Notes under the pieces: generated by a model
What the model saw: the letters and a program-made list of their open reading frames with translations, nothing else
What the model was told of the DNA's origin: nothing
Databases searched by the model: none
Translations under genes and position numbers: made by a program
In this document: piece after piece, positions 56,092 through 64,000 of the stretch
How positions within the stretch are numbered: the stretch's first letter is position 1
How the letters are laid out: every line of letters begins with the position of its first letter
Source of the DNA: a virus
Taxonomy: Duplodnaviria > Heunggongvirae > Uroviricota > Caudoviricetes
Direction: 5' to 3' (one strand)
Virus record (IMG/VR): IMGVR_UViG_3300028361_000020
Coordinates: 1-64,000 of that record
DNA length: 64,000 nt

Positions 56092-57093
56092 TTAATGATG
56101 TTCAACCTCGTATTCGTCAATAATCTTGGTGATTCCGTTAACCAAGAACCGATACGCATCATGATCTTGACCTTGACTTCCTTCGTGAAGCCCTGGGATC
56201 CATGCTTTTCGGGTACTATCCATAAATCTTTCAATGCAATTTCCTACCAACGCCAGTTGCAACAATTCAAGTACCCGGTTGGTATCGCCTGCTGCATATG
56301 CATCACTTACTTTAGATCGTAGACGAAATATGTCAAGCTCGGTGCCGGCACCATAGCGACGAAATGTGTTTTTAAGTGGGTGCGAAGAATTTTGGTCTAG
56401 TACTATACCATCACTAAATCCACCATTATCCACGGTCCTAAGAATACTTTTTACCTTGGCAATTTTTTCTACATCGACTGTTTTGTCAGTAACCCATTTT
56501 TCTACAAATTCTTCATCTGTGAGATTTTCATCTGACCAACACTTATTTTCAAAATAACTTTCAATAAAGCTGGGTAATGTTTCTGCTAGCTGTGCATAGG
56601 TTACATCACGATCATAATCTTCAGTGGGATCAAGTCCTTTTCCCTTGCCGGTGTATTGATCAAATTTATAGTTAGACCACAGATCGTCTACAAAGTCTTT
56701 GCGCATCATTACATAGTTGATTTCACAAGGCGGCATTGATCCGTATTCTTTGGCAAAAAGTCTGCGTTCGTGCGTGGCCTCAAAGAACAAGTCGATGTCA
56801 AAATTATCACGTTTGACTGCAATATCATGAACCTCATTGTCGCCAACCTCAGTTTCGACTAGTATCTCTTTGATTCCAGCAAGAATTAGAGGCAGTGCCA
56901 CGCCAGAGGCATTGGTGCCACCACCGTAGTCGTCGTATTCTGCTACAAACGGAGTAAGCACAGGTTTCCATAATGCTGAACTTTTGCAGAAACTGGAATC
57001 AGTGCCGTTTTCCATAAGCGGAAATACGTAGACTTCTTCGCCTTCGAAAATTGGTAGATTGGTTAGTCCGCATGTTTTATTCCAGCATCCCAT
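56092..57093 (-). CDS. hypothetical protein, 333 aa
   Basis: ORF. Confidence 0.45.
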   Translation of the reverse strand: MGCWNKTCGLTNLPIFEGEEVYVFPLMENGTDSSFCKSSALWKPVLTPFVAEYDDYGGGTNASGVALPLILAGIKEILVETEVGDNEVHDIAVKRDNFDIDLFFEATHERRLFAKEYGSMPPCEINYVMMRKDFVDDLWSNYKFDQYTGKGKGLDPTEDYDRDVTYAQLAETLPSFIESYFENKCWSDENLTDEEFVEKWVTDKTVDVEKIAKVKSILRTVDNGGFSDGIVLDQNSSHPLKNTFRRYGAGTELDIFRLRSKVSDAYAAGDTNRVLELLQLALVGNCIERFMDSTRKAWIPGLHEGSQGQDHDAYRFLVNGITKIIDEYEVEHH

Positions 57094-57220
57094 ATTATAA
57101 CTCTTTTTCCTGTTTCAATGTTTTTGCAGTTTCTAGCATTTCGATGGTTTCTGTAATAAACTCTTTGATTATTAATAAACAATGTGCCGCCTTGTGGATG
57201 TACAAATACTCTTCCCTGTG

Positions 57221-57592
57221 TTAGCAAAGTGTGCGAACCAATGCCATATCAGCACTGGTACCAAACTCTGATTTTACAGCTTTCATCACTTGTCCGATGT
57301 TGCCGCCGGATTGCAGAATTGGCTCAATCACAGCTCGCAGTTGTAGCTCAGTTGCCATAGCAGGAAGATACTTGGAAAGGATTGCGATCTCTTGTGGATC
57401 AGCAAACTTGTTCTCCTTTAGCTTCTGCACAGCTTTCTTGACATACTGGACTGCTTCGTCAGCGGAGGTTTCTCGGGTATTATCATTCTTGCCAATTTTC
57501 TGAATTTCATCTAAGTGAAACACCATTACACTTGCAAGTGGATTCTTTTCCTTGCGCATTACAAGTACATCAGTTTTGAATAGTTCGAGCAT
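57221..57592 (-). CDS. GatB/YqeY-domain protein
   Basis: C-terminal GNIGQVMKAVKSEFGTSADMALVRTL matches the YqeY/GatB C-terminal helical domain signature. Confidence 0.6.
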   Translation of the reverse strand: MLELFKTDVLVMRKEKNPLASVMVFHLDEIQKIGKNDNTRETSADEAVQYVKKAVQKLKENKFADPQEIAILSKYLPAMATELQLRAVIEPILQSGGNIGQVMKAVKSEFGTSADMALVRTLC

Positions 57593-57656
57593 TGTATTTC
57601 TTTCTAAATAATGTTTAATAAGCTGGCAGCATTTGCTGACTGCATTTCCTCAGTCT

Positions 57657-57740
57657 TGGTGTCCTTCCAGATTAGACGACTAGTAGGATTTGAACCCAAT
57701 TTCCAACGTCAAGGTGTCCTTCTATTAGACGACAGCTTAC
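57657..57740 (-). ncRNA. tRNA T-arm-like hairpin (GGGTTCAAATCC) flanked by imperfect 22-bp direct repeats (ggtgtccttc(cag/t)attagacgac); tRNA remnant or small RNA
   Basis: Direct repeats at 57658-57680 and 57711-57731; promoter-like TTGACA at 57770. Confidence 0.3.
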
Positions 57741-57771
57741 TAAAACAACGTACTATGTCTATACTAGTATG

Positions 57772-58554
57772 TCAACTAATTTTTATGCCTCGTTGTATTA
57801 AATCCTCAGCAATTTTTTCTGCGGCAGCAGCGTTGGTCTTGATCCCTGGGTGTGCTAGGTCTCTTGCGTGATCAACGTTTTTAAATGGAGTAATTCCAGC
57901 ATGGTCACTGAAGAAACTCCCTTCGCAATATAACGTTTTGTTTCTCCATAATGCTCGATCGGCCATCATATAAAATTCCGACGTACCTTGCCAATTGTGC
58001 CTAGCACAATACCCAGGAGACTGAGGCAAGTAACAGCATATAAATCCAGGTTTGGAGATATTGCTATATCGATGTGGCCCAGTCCAAATTTGCACGATTG
58101 CTTTTGGGTGCGGATAGTGTTCGTGCAGAATAAGAGAATTCCAAGAACTAACGTCAATTGCACTTCCTGCAATTCCTAGATTAACTGTAGGAATGTTTAG
58201 AAGTTTTTCCAGCTGCGAACAAACAGTATCCTCGTTGGCCAGGCCAATTCCGTACACATTTGAACATCCTAGCACAACTATGGAATTTTTCCAATCTGTG
58301 CTGGCAAACTCGCCGTGTCGAAATCCTTCCTGATTTTGACTATATGAGATTTTTTTGTTTTGATAAACCCAGTCTTTTCCTAGTCTTTTCTTATTTTTTT
58401 TAAAAAGTTTTTCGGTGTCGGTTGGACTGAAATTTTTAGAAATTGCCTGTTCGAGGCCCCGATTTGATATTAATCTTTGCATAACAGTATTTATTATATT
58501 ATCTATGCAGGACACTAGTCTGCTTACCATCCGGTGCCTATCCGGTGCATCCAT
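57772..58554 (-). CDS. hypothetical protein, possible SGNH/GDSL-type hydrolase, 260 aa
   Basis: IVVLGCSNVYG near the N-terminus is GDSL-like; weak. Confidence 0.35.
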   Translation of the reverse strand: MDAPDRHRMVSRLVSCIDNIINTVMQRLISNRGLEQAISKNFSPTDTEKLFKKNKKRLGKDWVYQNKKISYSQNQEGFRHGEFASTDWKNSIVVLGCSNVYGIGLANEDTVCSQLEKLLNIPTVNLGIAGSAIDVSSWNSLILHEHYPHPKAIVQIWTGPHRYSNISKPGFICCYLPQSPGYCARHNWQGTSEFYMMADRALWRNKTLYCEGSFFSDHAGITPFKNVDHARDLAHPGIKTNAAAAEKIAEDLIQRGIKIS

Positions 58555-58606
58555 TCACAGTGGGAAGTTACCCGGTCTGCTTCACAGCTTATGCTAATAG
58601 ACAATT

Positions 58607-58683
58607 TGGTGCACACGGAAGGATTTGAACCTCCGACACCTGGTTCTTCAAACCAGTGCTCCACCAGACTGAGCTACGTGTGC
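58607..58683 (-). tRNA. tRNA-Phe (GAA)
   Basis: All stems perfect: GCACACG/CGTGTGC, CTGGT-TTGAAGA-ACCAG, GGAGG-TTCAAAT-CCTTC; CCA encoded. Confidence 0.9.
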
Positions 58684-58689
58684 GTTATT

Positions 58690-58766
58690 TGGTGCTCTTG
58701 GTAGGACTCGAACCTACAACCAACGGATTCGAAATCCGGTACTCTATCCAATTGAGCTACAAAAGC
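58690..58766 (-). tRNA. tRNA-Arg (TCG)
   Basis: D GCTC-AATTGGATA-GAGT; loop TTTCGAA; T GTAGG-TTCGAGT-CCTAC; CCA encoded. Confidence 0.75.
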
Positions 58767-58772
58767 AGTATT

Positions 58773-58858
58773 TGGTGAGTCGCCTTGGAATCGAACCAAG
58801 CATGGGCTCTCACCCGGAGGATTTACAATCCCCTGCCCCACCTTAGAGCATGCGACAC
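58773..58858 (-). tRNA. tRNA-Tyr (GTA), class II
   Basis: 86 nt; anticodon arm GGGGA-TTGTAAA-TCCTC; variable hairpin; T CTTGG-TTCGATT-CCAAG; CCA encoded. Confidence 0.8.
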
Positions 58859-58878
58859 ATTATTCTGTGTAATTATTA

Positions 58879-59127
58879 TTAAATGTAAACGTTTACGTCG
58901 CCTATCAGGGTTAAACAAGAAACTGGAAAAGTCTTATATTCAACAGTTTTGTTAGAAATCCATACGCACTCGCAAATGTTGTTAACGATGTTTTGCACAA
59001 GCATATTAGGACCTCCGCTGTTTAACATGACCGCTGCACCCGCTATAATAGGCAAACTAGGCTCTATTCGTTTGCGTACTAGTCTAAGGTCGTTTTTGTT
59101 AAATTCCATTTTAATCCTATTACACAA
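58879..59127 (-). CDS. hypothetical protein, 82 aa
   Basis: ORF. Confidence 0.35.
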   Translation of the reverse strand: MCNRIKMEFNKNDLRLVRKRIEPSLPIIAGAAVMLNSGGPNMLVQNIVNNICECVWISNKTVEYKTFPVSCLTLIGDVNVYI

Positions 59128-59324
59128 ATTGGGTGTGTGGTTGGCTCAACGCTACAGCGGCGCGATTTAACCAGTCAGCCATAACTGGTACCGTTATTCA
59201 GCCGGAAAATTCTTGGATGCGCCCGGATTCGCATATCTTTGGTAGTCGAGGTGGGTCATTTGCATTAGCCCCAACCATTCCACATTTTCGTGTTGACGTT
59301 GATATCATTTTCAACACAATATAC

Positions 59325-59420
59325 CGAAACTTGGTAGTCGCGGTGGGTATTGAACCCACTACCTCTCTTTATTGGTGCTACAGGAAGGTAACGCTCCTTC
59401 TACCACTCAGTTATCAGCTG
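59325..59420 (-). ncRNA. tRNA 3'-half-like element (T-arm GTGGG-TTCAATA-CCCAC, acceptor 3' strand CGCGACT-A-CCA) without a matching 5' acceptor strand; its 3'-terminal 18 bp are duplicated at 59235-59259
   Basis: cttggtagtcg(a/c)ggtgggt occurs twice; the upstream part overlaps the C-terminus of homing endonuclease 2. Confidence 0.3.
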
Positions 59421-60061
59421 AGGCCCTCACTTTTCGGACTCTGTAACGATTTTATATATTCTTCATTTAGTTTGTCTTCTGTTAATATCAATACTATTAC
59501 ATTATTCTGTTCACAAACACAAGTTATTTTTTCTTCGTCTTGAATTGCTAAAAAATTGTTTTTTGGATCTAAATAAATGTCGTAATCTACAAGATAGAAA
59601 TCAGGAAAGTATTTTTTATTTATATTATACTTAATGTACTTGGGTCTAATCCATTTAATCCCTAGTGTATCTAATATCTCAGCACATCTTAATTCGTACG
59701 TTGATTGCAAGCAAACTTGCTTACCAAAAGAATCGTTATAATAAAATTTTTTACTTCTGCCTGCGCCTTCGCGGTAGCCTCCAAATCCTTGCTTTTTTGC
59801 TAGTCTTGACCTTTCTTCAACTGTTAACGTCGCCGCTCTTCCTGTAACTTTTCTTTTTCCTAATTTAAAGTCTTTTTTAGATTGCATCGACTGTTTTTTA
59901 GTCACTTCGCAAGTAAGTAGTGTTTTACCTTTATTCCATGCTGTTTTACCAGTCATTCCATTTTTGTATATTCTGTTAATATTTGAAGGACAGGTTCTTT
60001 CATGGTTTGTATGACTATTTTTATTTTTGCATTCTTTACTACAGTGTTGGCATATAAGCAT
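59414..60061 (-). CDS. homing endonuclease-like gene 2 (Zn finger plus Vsr/DUF559-like nuclease domain), paralogue of 38635..39651, embedded in the tRNA cluster
   Basis: N-terminal CQHCSKEC...HERTC; C-terminal GIKWIRPKY..FPDFYLVDYDIYLD..VIVLILTEDKL; AT-rich; SD GGAGA before the second ATG (the longer ORF runs to 60088). Confidence 0.5.
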   Translation of the reverse strand: MLICQHCSKECKNKNSHTNHERTCPSNINRIYKNGMTGKTAWNKGKTLLTCEVTKKQSMQSKKDFKLGKRKVTGRAATLTVEERSRLAKKQGFGGYREGAGRSKKFYYNDSFGKQVCLQSTYELRCAEILDTLGIKWIRPKYIKYNINKKYFPDFYLVDYDIYLDPKNNFLAIQDEEKITCVCEQNNVIVLILTEDKLNEEYIKSLQSPKSEGLS

Positions 60062-60087
60062 AATAGTTCTCCTATGCTTATTTAGCA

Positions 60088-60128
60088 TTAAGCTCGGCTC
60101 GGTGCTCTACTATTGAGCTAATTGACCA
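60088..60128 (-). ncRNA. tRNA 5'-half fragment (GGTCAAT-TA-GCTC-AATAGTA-GAGC-A-CCGAG) abutting the start of homing endonuclease 2
   Basis: Canonical acceptor 5' strand, D-arm and anticodon 5' stem, then the sequence runs into the endonuclease gene. Confidence 0.4.
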
Positions 60129-60238
60129 TATTCATTGTTTAAAAGATGTACTATCTGGCCAGTACGAGCAAACCTGCAGGCAACGTCTGGCGCGCCTTGT
60201 GAAATCGAATCACATCTAGTACATCACTAAAACAATGT

Positions 60239-60313
60239 TGGTGTGCCGGGAGGGGATCGAACCCACGACCTTGGAATTAAAAGTTCCTTGCTCTACCTCT
60301 GAGCTACCGGCGC
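60239..60313 (-). tRNA. tRNA-Lys (TTT)
   Basis: Acceptor GCGCCGG/CCGGCAC; D GCTC-AGAGGTA-GAGC; loop CTTTTAA; T-loop TTCGATC; CCA encoded. Confidence 0.75.
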
Positions 60314-60386
60314 ATTTGTTTATCACGATGCTTGTGTTTGTGTTTTTGTTTCATTGTATTCTCTTTCTGCTTGTGTGTAAGCTTAT

Positions 60387-60415
60387 GTTGTAACATGCAT
60401 ACACGATGTTGTCAA
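60387..60415 (-). promoter_or_regulatory. sigma70-like promoter TTGACA-17-TACAAC between tRNA-Glu and tRNA-Lys
   Basis: Minus strand reads aactaTTGACAacatcgtgtatgcatgtTACAAC. Confidence 0.35.
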
Positions 60416-60430
60416 TAGTTATAGTGGAAG

Positions 60431-60506
60431 TGGAAGCGCCAACAGGAGTTGAACCCGTCTCTCCAGGGCGAAAACCTAGTATCCTAAACCGATAGACGAT
60501 GGCGCC
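60431..60506 (-). tRNA. tRNA-Glu (TTC)
   Basis: Acceptor GGCGCCA/TGGCGCT; anticodon arm CTAGG-TTTTCGC-CCTGG; T ACGGG-TTCAACT-CCTGT; CCA encoded. Confidence 0.75.
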
Positions 60507-60511
60507 TTATT

Positions 60512-60588
60512 TGGTGGTGCATCGTGGATTCGAACCACGCACCTTACCGTTATGAGCGGTATACTCTAACCCAATGAGCTAATGCACC
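60512..60588 (-). tRNA. tRNA-Met (CAT), elongator-like
   Basis: All stems perfect: GGTGCAT/ATGCACC, TACCG-CTCATAA-CGGTA, CGTGG-TTCGAAT-CCACG; CCA encoded. Confidence 0.85.
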
Positions 60589-60593
60589 AAAAT

Positions 60594-60682
60594 TGGAATT
60601 CAAGGTCGGAATCGAACCGACGTAAGACTAACTACTGTCCACGGATTTGCAATCCGTTGCATAACCATTCTGCCACTTGAAT
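60594..60682 (-). tRNA. class II tRNA (89 nt, long variable arm) with anticodon GCA at canonical positions; identity unclear
   Basis: Acceptor ATTCAAG/CTTGAAT perfect; anticodon arm ACGGA-TTGCAAA-TCCGT perfect; T GTCGG-TTCGATT-CCGAC; CCA encoded. Confidence 0.6.
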
Positions 60683-60683
60683 A

Positions 60684-60789
60684 AATCTATTTTAGAAGAT
60701 TGTCCAAGGAATCAACCCTTGCTTCACCATCTGATAACGCCTGTCTTTGTGTAATCAGCACGTAAACATTTGTGACCATCGACAATCTT
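60684..60789. repeat. 21-bp perfect inverted repeat (aatctattttagaagattgtc / gacaatcttctaaaatagatt) enclosing a roughly 64-nt loop
   Basis: Seen directly; lies between the tRNA cluster and the GIY-YIG gene. Confidence 0.8.
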
Positions 60790-61350
60790 CTAAAATAGAT
60801 TTAAAATAGTTTCTTTGTTTTTACAAGAAAACCATTCTTTAGTTATAGAAATAGCAGAAAGTTCTTTGATTAGTTTTGTTTCTTCTTCATTATGAAAAGG
60901 TAATAGGTTTAAAGCTAATATAACTGCATCTATTCCATTATGAGTTTTATAATTACCCAATCTATTTGTTATGTTTGTAGTTTTTCCTATCTTTATTTTG
61001 TCATGTACTTCAATGCAATAAAGATATCCTAGATTTAATGTTTCGTTTATCTTAGAAAGATTTATAAATCGATCCAATACCTTTAGAGAATCTTTATCTA
61101 AAAAATCTATGTTTCCATTGAATCTTCTTAAAAATTCATTCAACAGTAATATTTGTATATCTTTCTTGTGCTTTTTTGCTACTGCATGATCTTGTAAAAT
61201 CTTATCTATAGTTTTACCGTTACTAAAATTTTCATAACTGTTTTTTGCTAATTCTTGTAATTGAAAAATTCCTAATGTTCTCATTAACACTTTTTTGTTT
61301 GCCTTATTTCTTTTTATTTGTGTATTTACAAATTTTTTACGTATAAACAT
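60790..61350 (-). CDS. GIY-YIG homing endonuclease (Seg-like)
   Basis: GYLYCIEVHDKIKIGKTTNITNRLGNYKTH matches GIY-x10-YIG-x-T...R...H; AT-rich gene flanking the tRNA cluster, as segB does in T4. Confidence 0.65.
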   Translation of the reverse strand: MFIRKKFVNTQIKRNKANKKVLMRTLGIFQLQELAKNSYENFSNGKTIDKILQDHAVAKKHKKDIQILLLNEFLRRFNGNIDFLDKDSLKVLDRFINLSKINETLNLGYLYCIEVHDKIKIGKTTNITNRLGNYKTHNGIDAVILALNLLPFHNEEETKLIKELSAISITKEWFSCKNKETILNLF

Positions 61351-61886
61351 TAGTATAATCCTTTATAGTTAGTCTTTTGTTCTTGCGAGATATGTTTTCT
61401 GACATTTCAGAATTTCCCGCAAGTAAGCCTTCACTTACTCATGTCTTCTCTTTGATGTTGTCTCCATCAAAGTATATCCACATGCTCAATATACAATTAC
61501 CACAACTAAATGTCAGCTACTTTTTTCTCTATATGAGACATTGTTTTCACAATACCTGAATCAGGTTGGGAGTATATTTCCCAACAACGCTATAAACTAA
61601 AAGCCTCTTAGTATTGCTACTGGAGGCTGTTTAATTAGATGTTTGTATTAAGGAAACTGTTTAATTTCCTCCACCCCAACCTTCAGAAAATCCAAAGCGA
61701 TACTCATAGCATTCTTTAATGCTTTCTATCATAATATACATATGTTTAAAAATGTGAGTCATTCTTTTAATCGTCCTGTTTATGTTGTTGTGTTTAACTT
61801 AACACATACTTATTTATCTGTCAACTAGTTTTATTTATCTCTTTTGAAATAATTAAGCTAGTTGTTTAATTTGTCTACTTGTTTAT

Positions 61887-61915
61887 ATAGTACAGTAGTT
61901 AAACCACTGTGTCAA
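61887..61915 (-). promoter_or_regulatory. sigma70-like promoter TTGACA-17-TACTAT
   Basis: Minus strand reads agaggTTGACAcagtggtttaactactgTACTAT; a second TTGACA box lies about 90 bp downstream at 61818. Confidence 0.5.
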
Positions 61916-61923
61916 CCTCTAAT

Positions 61924-62322
61924 TTACATAAGTCCTGCAAGTATTTTGTAATTTTCATATGACTTCTTGATAGCAGGATTGTCTTCGTGTGTTTCGGCTG
62001 TGAGAATCAAGTCGTACCAATATTCGAGTTGGCGAGATGCAAATGCACCAAACTGGCGCGGCTGATGAAGCTTGCCAGAAACTTTTAACCAGACACAAGT
62101 TTCTCGAAATTTTTCTTCCTGGTCGGCGTAACCAAACCATTCGGGCATGGAAGTGTGGCCATGCTGCCCGATGCCGCAATATGCTGCCCAAATGTTACTC
62201 CACTGGCTGTCGTCTTCTGGATCAAAATTAGTACGGGCCACAACGACCATTACATCATCTCTATTTATAGTACCGTCGACGATATCTCTTACGCAACGAC
62301 TTAAACTTGTTCCTACCTTCAT
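61924..62322 (-). CDS. hypothetical protein, 132 aa
   Basis: ORF. Confidence 0.4.
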   Translation of the reverse strand: MKVGTSLSRCVRDIVDGTINRDDVMVVVARTNFDPEDDSQWSNIWAAYCGIGQHGHTSMPEWFGYADQEEKFRETCVWLKVSGKLHQPRQFGAFASRQLEYWYDLILTAETHEDNPAIKKSYENYKILAGLM

Positions 62323-62567
62323 TTGTTACTTTCCAGCCTAATATTTAATACAAAGTTTTCAACGAGCAACTTTGTAATTGTTCCTTGTGCAATCAACATT
62401 TTTTCATCTTCTTTTAGTCCTGCAAATTGCTCAACTACGCTAGACGCCATCAATTGGTATGCAGTTTCTTTGTTAACTGCCATCTTTGTCCAGTCAATTG
62501 GATCCTTGAGTTCTACCTCTTGCGCAATACTTGCTAGTTGGTCAACTGTTAACATCTGTGATTTCAT
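62319..62567 (-). CDS. hypothetical protein, 82 aa
   Basis: ORF; stop/start overlap. Confidence 0.35.
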   Translation of the reverse strand: MKSQMLTVDQLASIAQEVELKDPIDWTKMAVNKETAYQLMASSVVEQFAGLKEDEKMLIAQGTITKLLVENFVLNIRLESNK

Positions 62568-63306
62568 ATTCGTATCCTAATTTGTAAAAGACTGTATCGT
62601 AGCCTGGTTGTGACGACACTATGGCCTGTCCTGTTATGCGGAACTTGTCTTTTTTTGAAATATAGTTCCACAGTGGTTGTGTTTGCGTAAAGTTCTTAAC
62701 AAACACTGAAAGTATAGCATTGTCTTGAGTTACAAAGTAAAAGCGTCTTTCTTTTTCATTTTTACTTGCCCGCTTAACAGTTCCGGCAAATGTTAGTATC
62801 TCGTCGATTATAACCGTCTCTCCGTACTGATCCTCAGGGAGGCTCTTTCGTCCCTTAAGAATTGCTTCGGTTTGCAAAAATTCATCGTAGAATGCTGGTA
62901 GCTTAACTAACATTTTAATGTGTTCTTGATTGACAGGTGTAGCAATGTCCAACGCTTCTTCGAGATCGGTCATAAACTGGCTTATGTGCATGTCTTTGAT
63001 TCGACGCATCAGAATAGTGTTGATAAAATGCGACCTAATTTTGTCAGCTAACGCCTGATCATCCATTGAAATATCAACATCATGTTGATGAGAATCTGGC
63101 GATGTTTTACCAATTAACTCCAGTTTCTGGTGTATTTTGTATAGGTCAGGTTGCTTTGCAGTGCGCAGTATTGAACAAATTAAAGCTATCGGATCCTCTG
63201 CAAATTCAAATAACTTTGGCTCGGGGTTTTGTGGTTGTAATTTGGCCTCCGGTGTGCAAGTCACATCAGCAACCGGATTATAAAAATCTTTATTTAAATG
63301 TGGCAT
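62542..63306 (-). CDS. hypothetical protein, 254 aa
   Basis: ORF. Confidence 0.4.
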   Translation of the reverse strand: MPHLNKDFYNPVADVTCTPEAKLQPQNPEPKLFEFAEDPIALICSILRTAKQPDLYKIHQKLELIGKTSPDSHQHDVDISMDDQALADKIRSHFINTILMRRIKDMHISQFMTDLEEALDIATPVNQEHIKMLVKLPAFYDEFLQTEAILKGRKSLPEDQYGETVIIDEILTFAGTVKRASKNEKERRFYFVTQDNAILSVFVKNFTQTQPLWNYISKKDKFRITGQAIVSSQPGYDTVFYKLGYEYEITDVNS

Positions 63307-63312
63307 ATTATA

Positions 63313-63981
63313 TTAAGACCACAAATTTTCGTAGTAGCGGCCAAACAATCTAAAGCCGTTGGTGATGCGGGCCTGGAATGCATCTCTGCCCACTGTGTCA
63401 ATTTTAAAAGTGTCGCGGGGCCCTTTGATCATCTCACTGTTTCCGGATTCTAACTTTTCCAAATAGGTGTCATGCTCGCCACTGTAGAATTGGTTTTCCC
63501 AATTGTCGTCTTGCTTGGTTTGAAAGGCAAAGATCATTTCATCCAGCACCCAGTCCCAGCGTTTAAAGTGGTTGCTGTCGATGTCCCATTTGTCCTCTTT
63601 GGGTTCTGCATTTGTACTCCAAAGATTTTCTGGAACATCACTGTCATCAACAAGACATGCGCCTTGTTGATGTTCTTTGAGATGTTCTAGCATAGGAAGA
63701 ATCACATAAGAAAGTGTGTGATCCATGCTCCAGGTGTCGCTGTGGTCAATGCGAACGTCGATCTTTCGGTGTTGCTTGCTGTGTATCCAGCTTAGAAATT
63801 TGGACAACACAGTGTTATGACGAGTATGGTCACTAAACTTTTTTCTTTCTCCAACTTGGGTTTCTGGCTCAATACTGCCGTGTGCAAGTAATTCACCAAA
63901 TTTGTGGACCCAGTTGGGCTTGCAAGTCATTCCATCTTCGTCTTTGACTTCCTTGACCCAGAAGCAAATAGCATCAGCCAA
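63313..63981 (-). CDS. hypothetical protein, 222 aa
   Basis: ORF near the window edge. Confidence 0.4.
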   Translation of the reverse strand: MADAICFWVKEVKDEDGMTCKPNWVHKFGELLAHGSIEPETQVGERKKFSDHTRHNTVLSKFLSWIHSKQHRKIDVRIDHSDTWSMDHTLSYVILPMLEHLKEHQQGACLVDDSDVPENLWSTNAEPKEDKWDIDSNHFKRWDWVLDEMIFAFQTKQDDNWENQFYSGEHDTYLEKLESGNSEMIKGPRDTFKIDTVGRDAFQARITNGFRLFGRYYENLWS

Positions 63982-64000
63982 TTGGTATGGACCGAACCAC

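Noticed and set aside
1-64000. CRISPR arrays, integrases/transposases, prophage att sites
   Set aside because: No regularly spaced repeats, no recombinase-like ORFs; the direct repeats seen are short and associated with tRNA/endonuclease-gene recombination.

Overview
This window is a minus-strand-dominated accessory region of a large T4-like myovirus (rIIA, rIIB, Rnl1, Tdk and NadV/NatV homologues; about 43% GC), of the general type of the Vibrio/Aeromonas KVP40-like phages. It contains (i) a tRNA archipelago. I folded about 25 canonical minus-strand tRNAs by hand, plus about 12 aberrant tRNA-like elements. Three GIY-YIG or Vsr-like homing-endonuclease genes sit among them, together with many sigma70-like TTGACA-17-TAnnnT early promoters. 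(ii) An NAD+ salvage operon, NadV-NatV-NadR-like-PnuC, with a macro-domain protein elsewhere. (iii) An RNA/translation maintenance tool-kit. It includes a CCA-adding enzyme, RNA ligase 1, a P-loop kinase, a HAD phosphatase, a PTH2-like gene, a GatB/YqeY protein and an L7/L12-CTD protein. (iv) An rnlA gene fractured by a split intein with an intervening free-standing homing endonuclease gene. (v) A radical-SAM enzyme next to a Cys-rich micro-ORF. (vi) A six-member small-protein family sharing a C-terminal Y-x-L-F-V/L-L-K motif. (vii) An alternative oxidase, an SPFH protein, a MazG-like protein, two metallophosphoesterases, Tdk and rIIA/rIIB. Almost all genes are on the minus strand. All calls are from manual motif reading; no searches were run.
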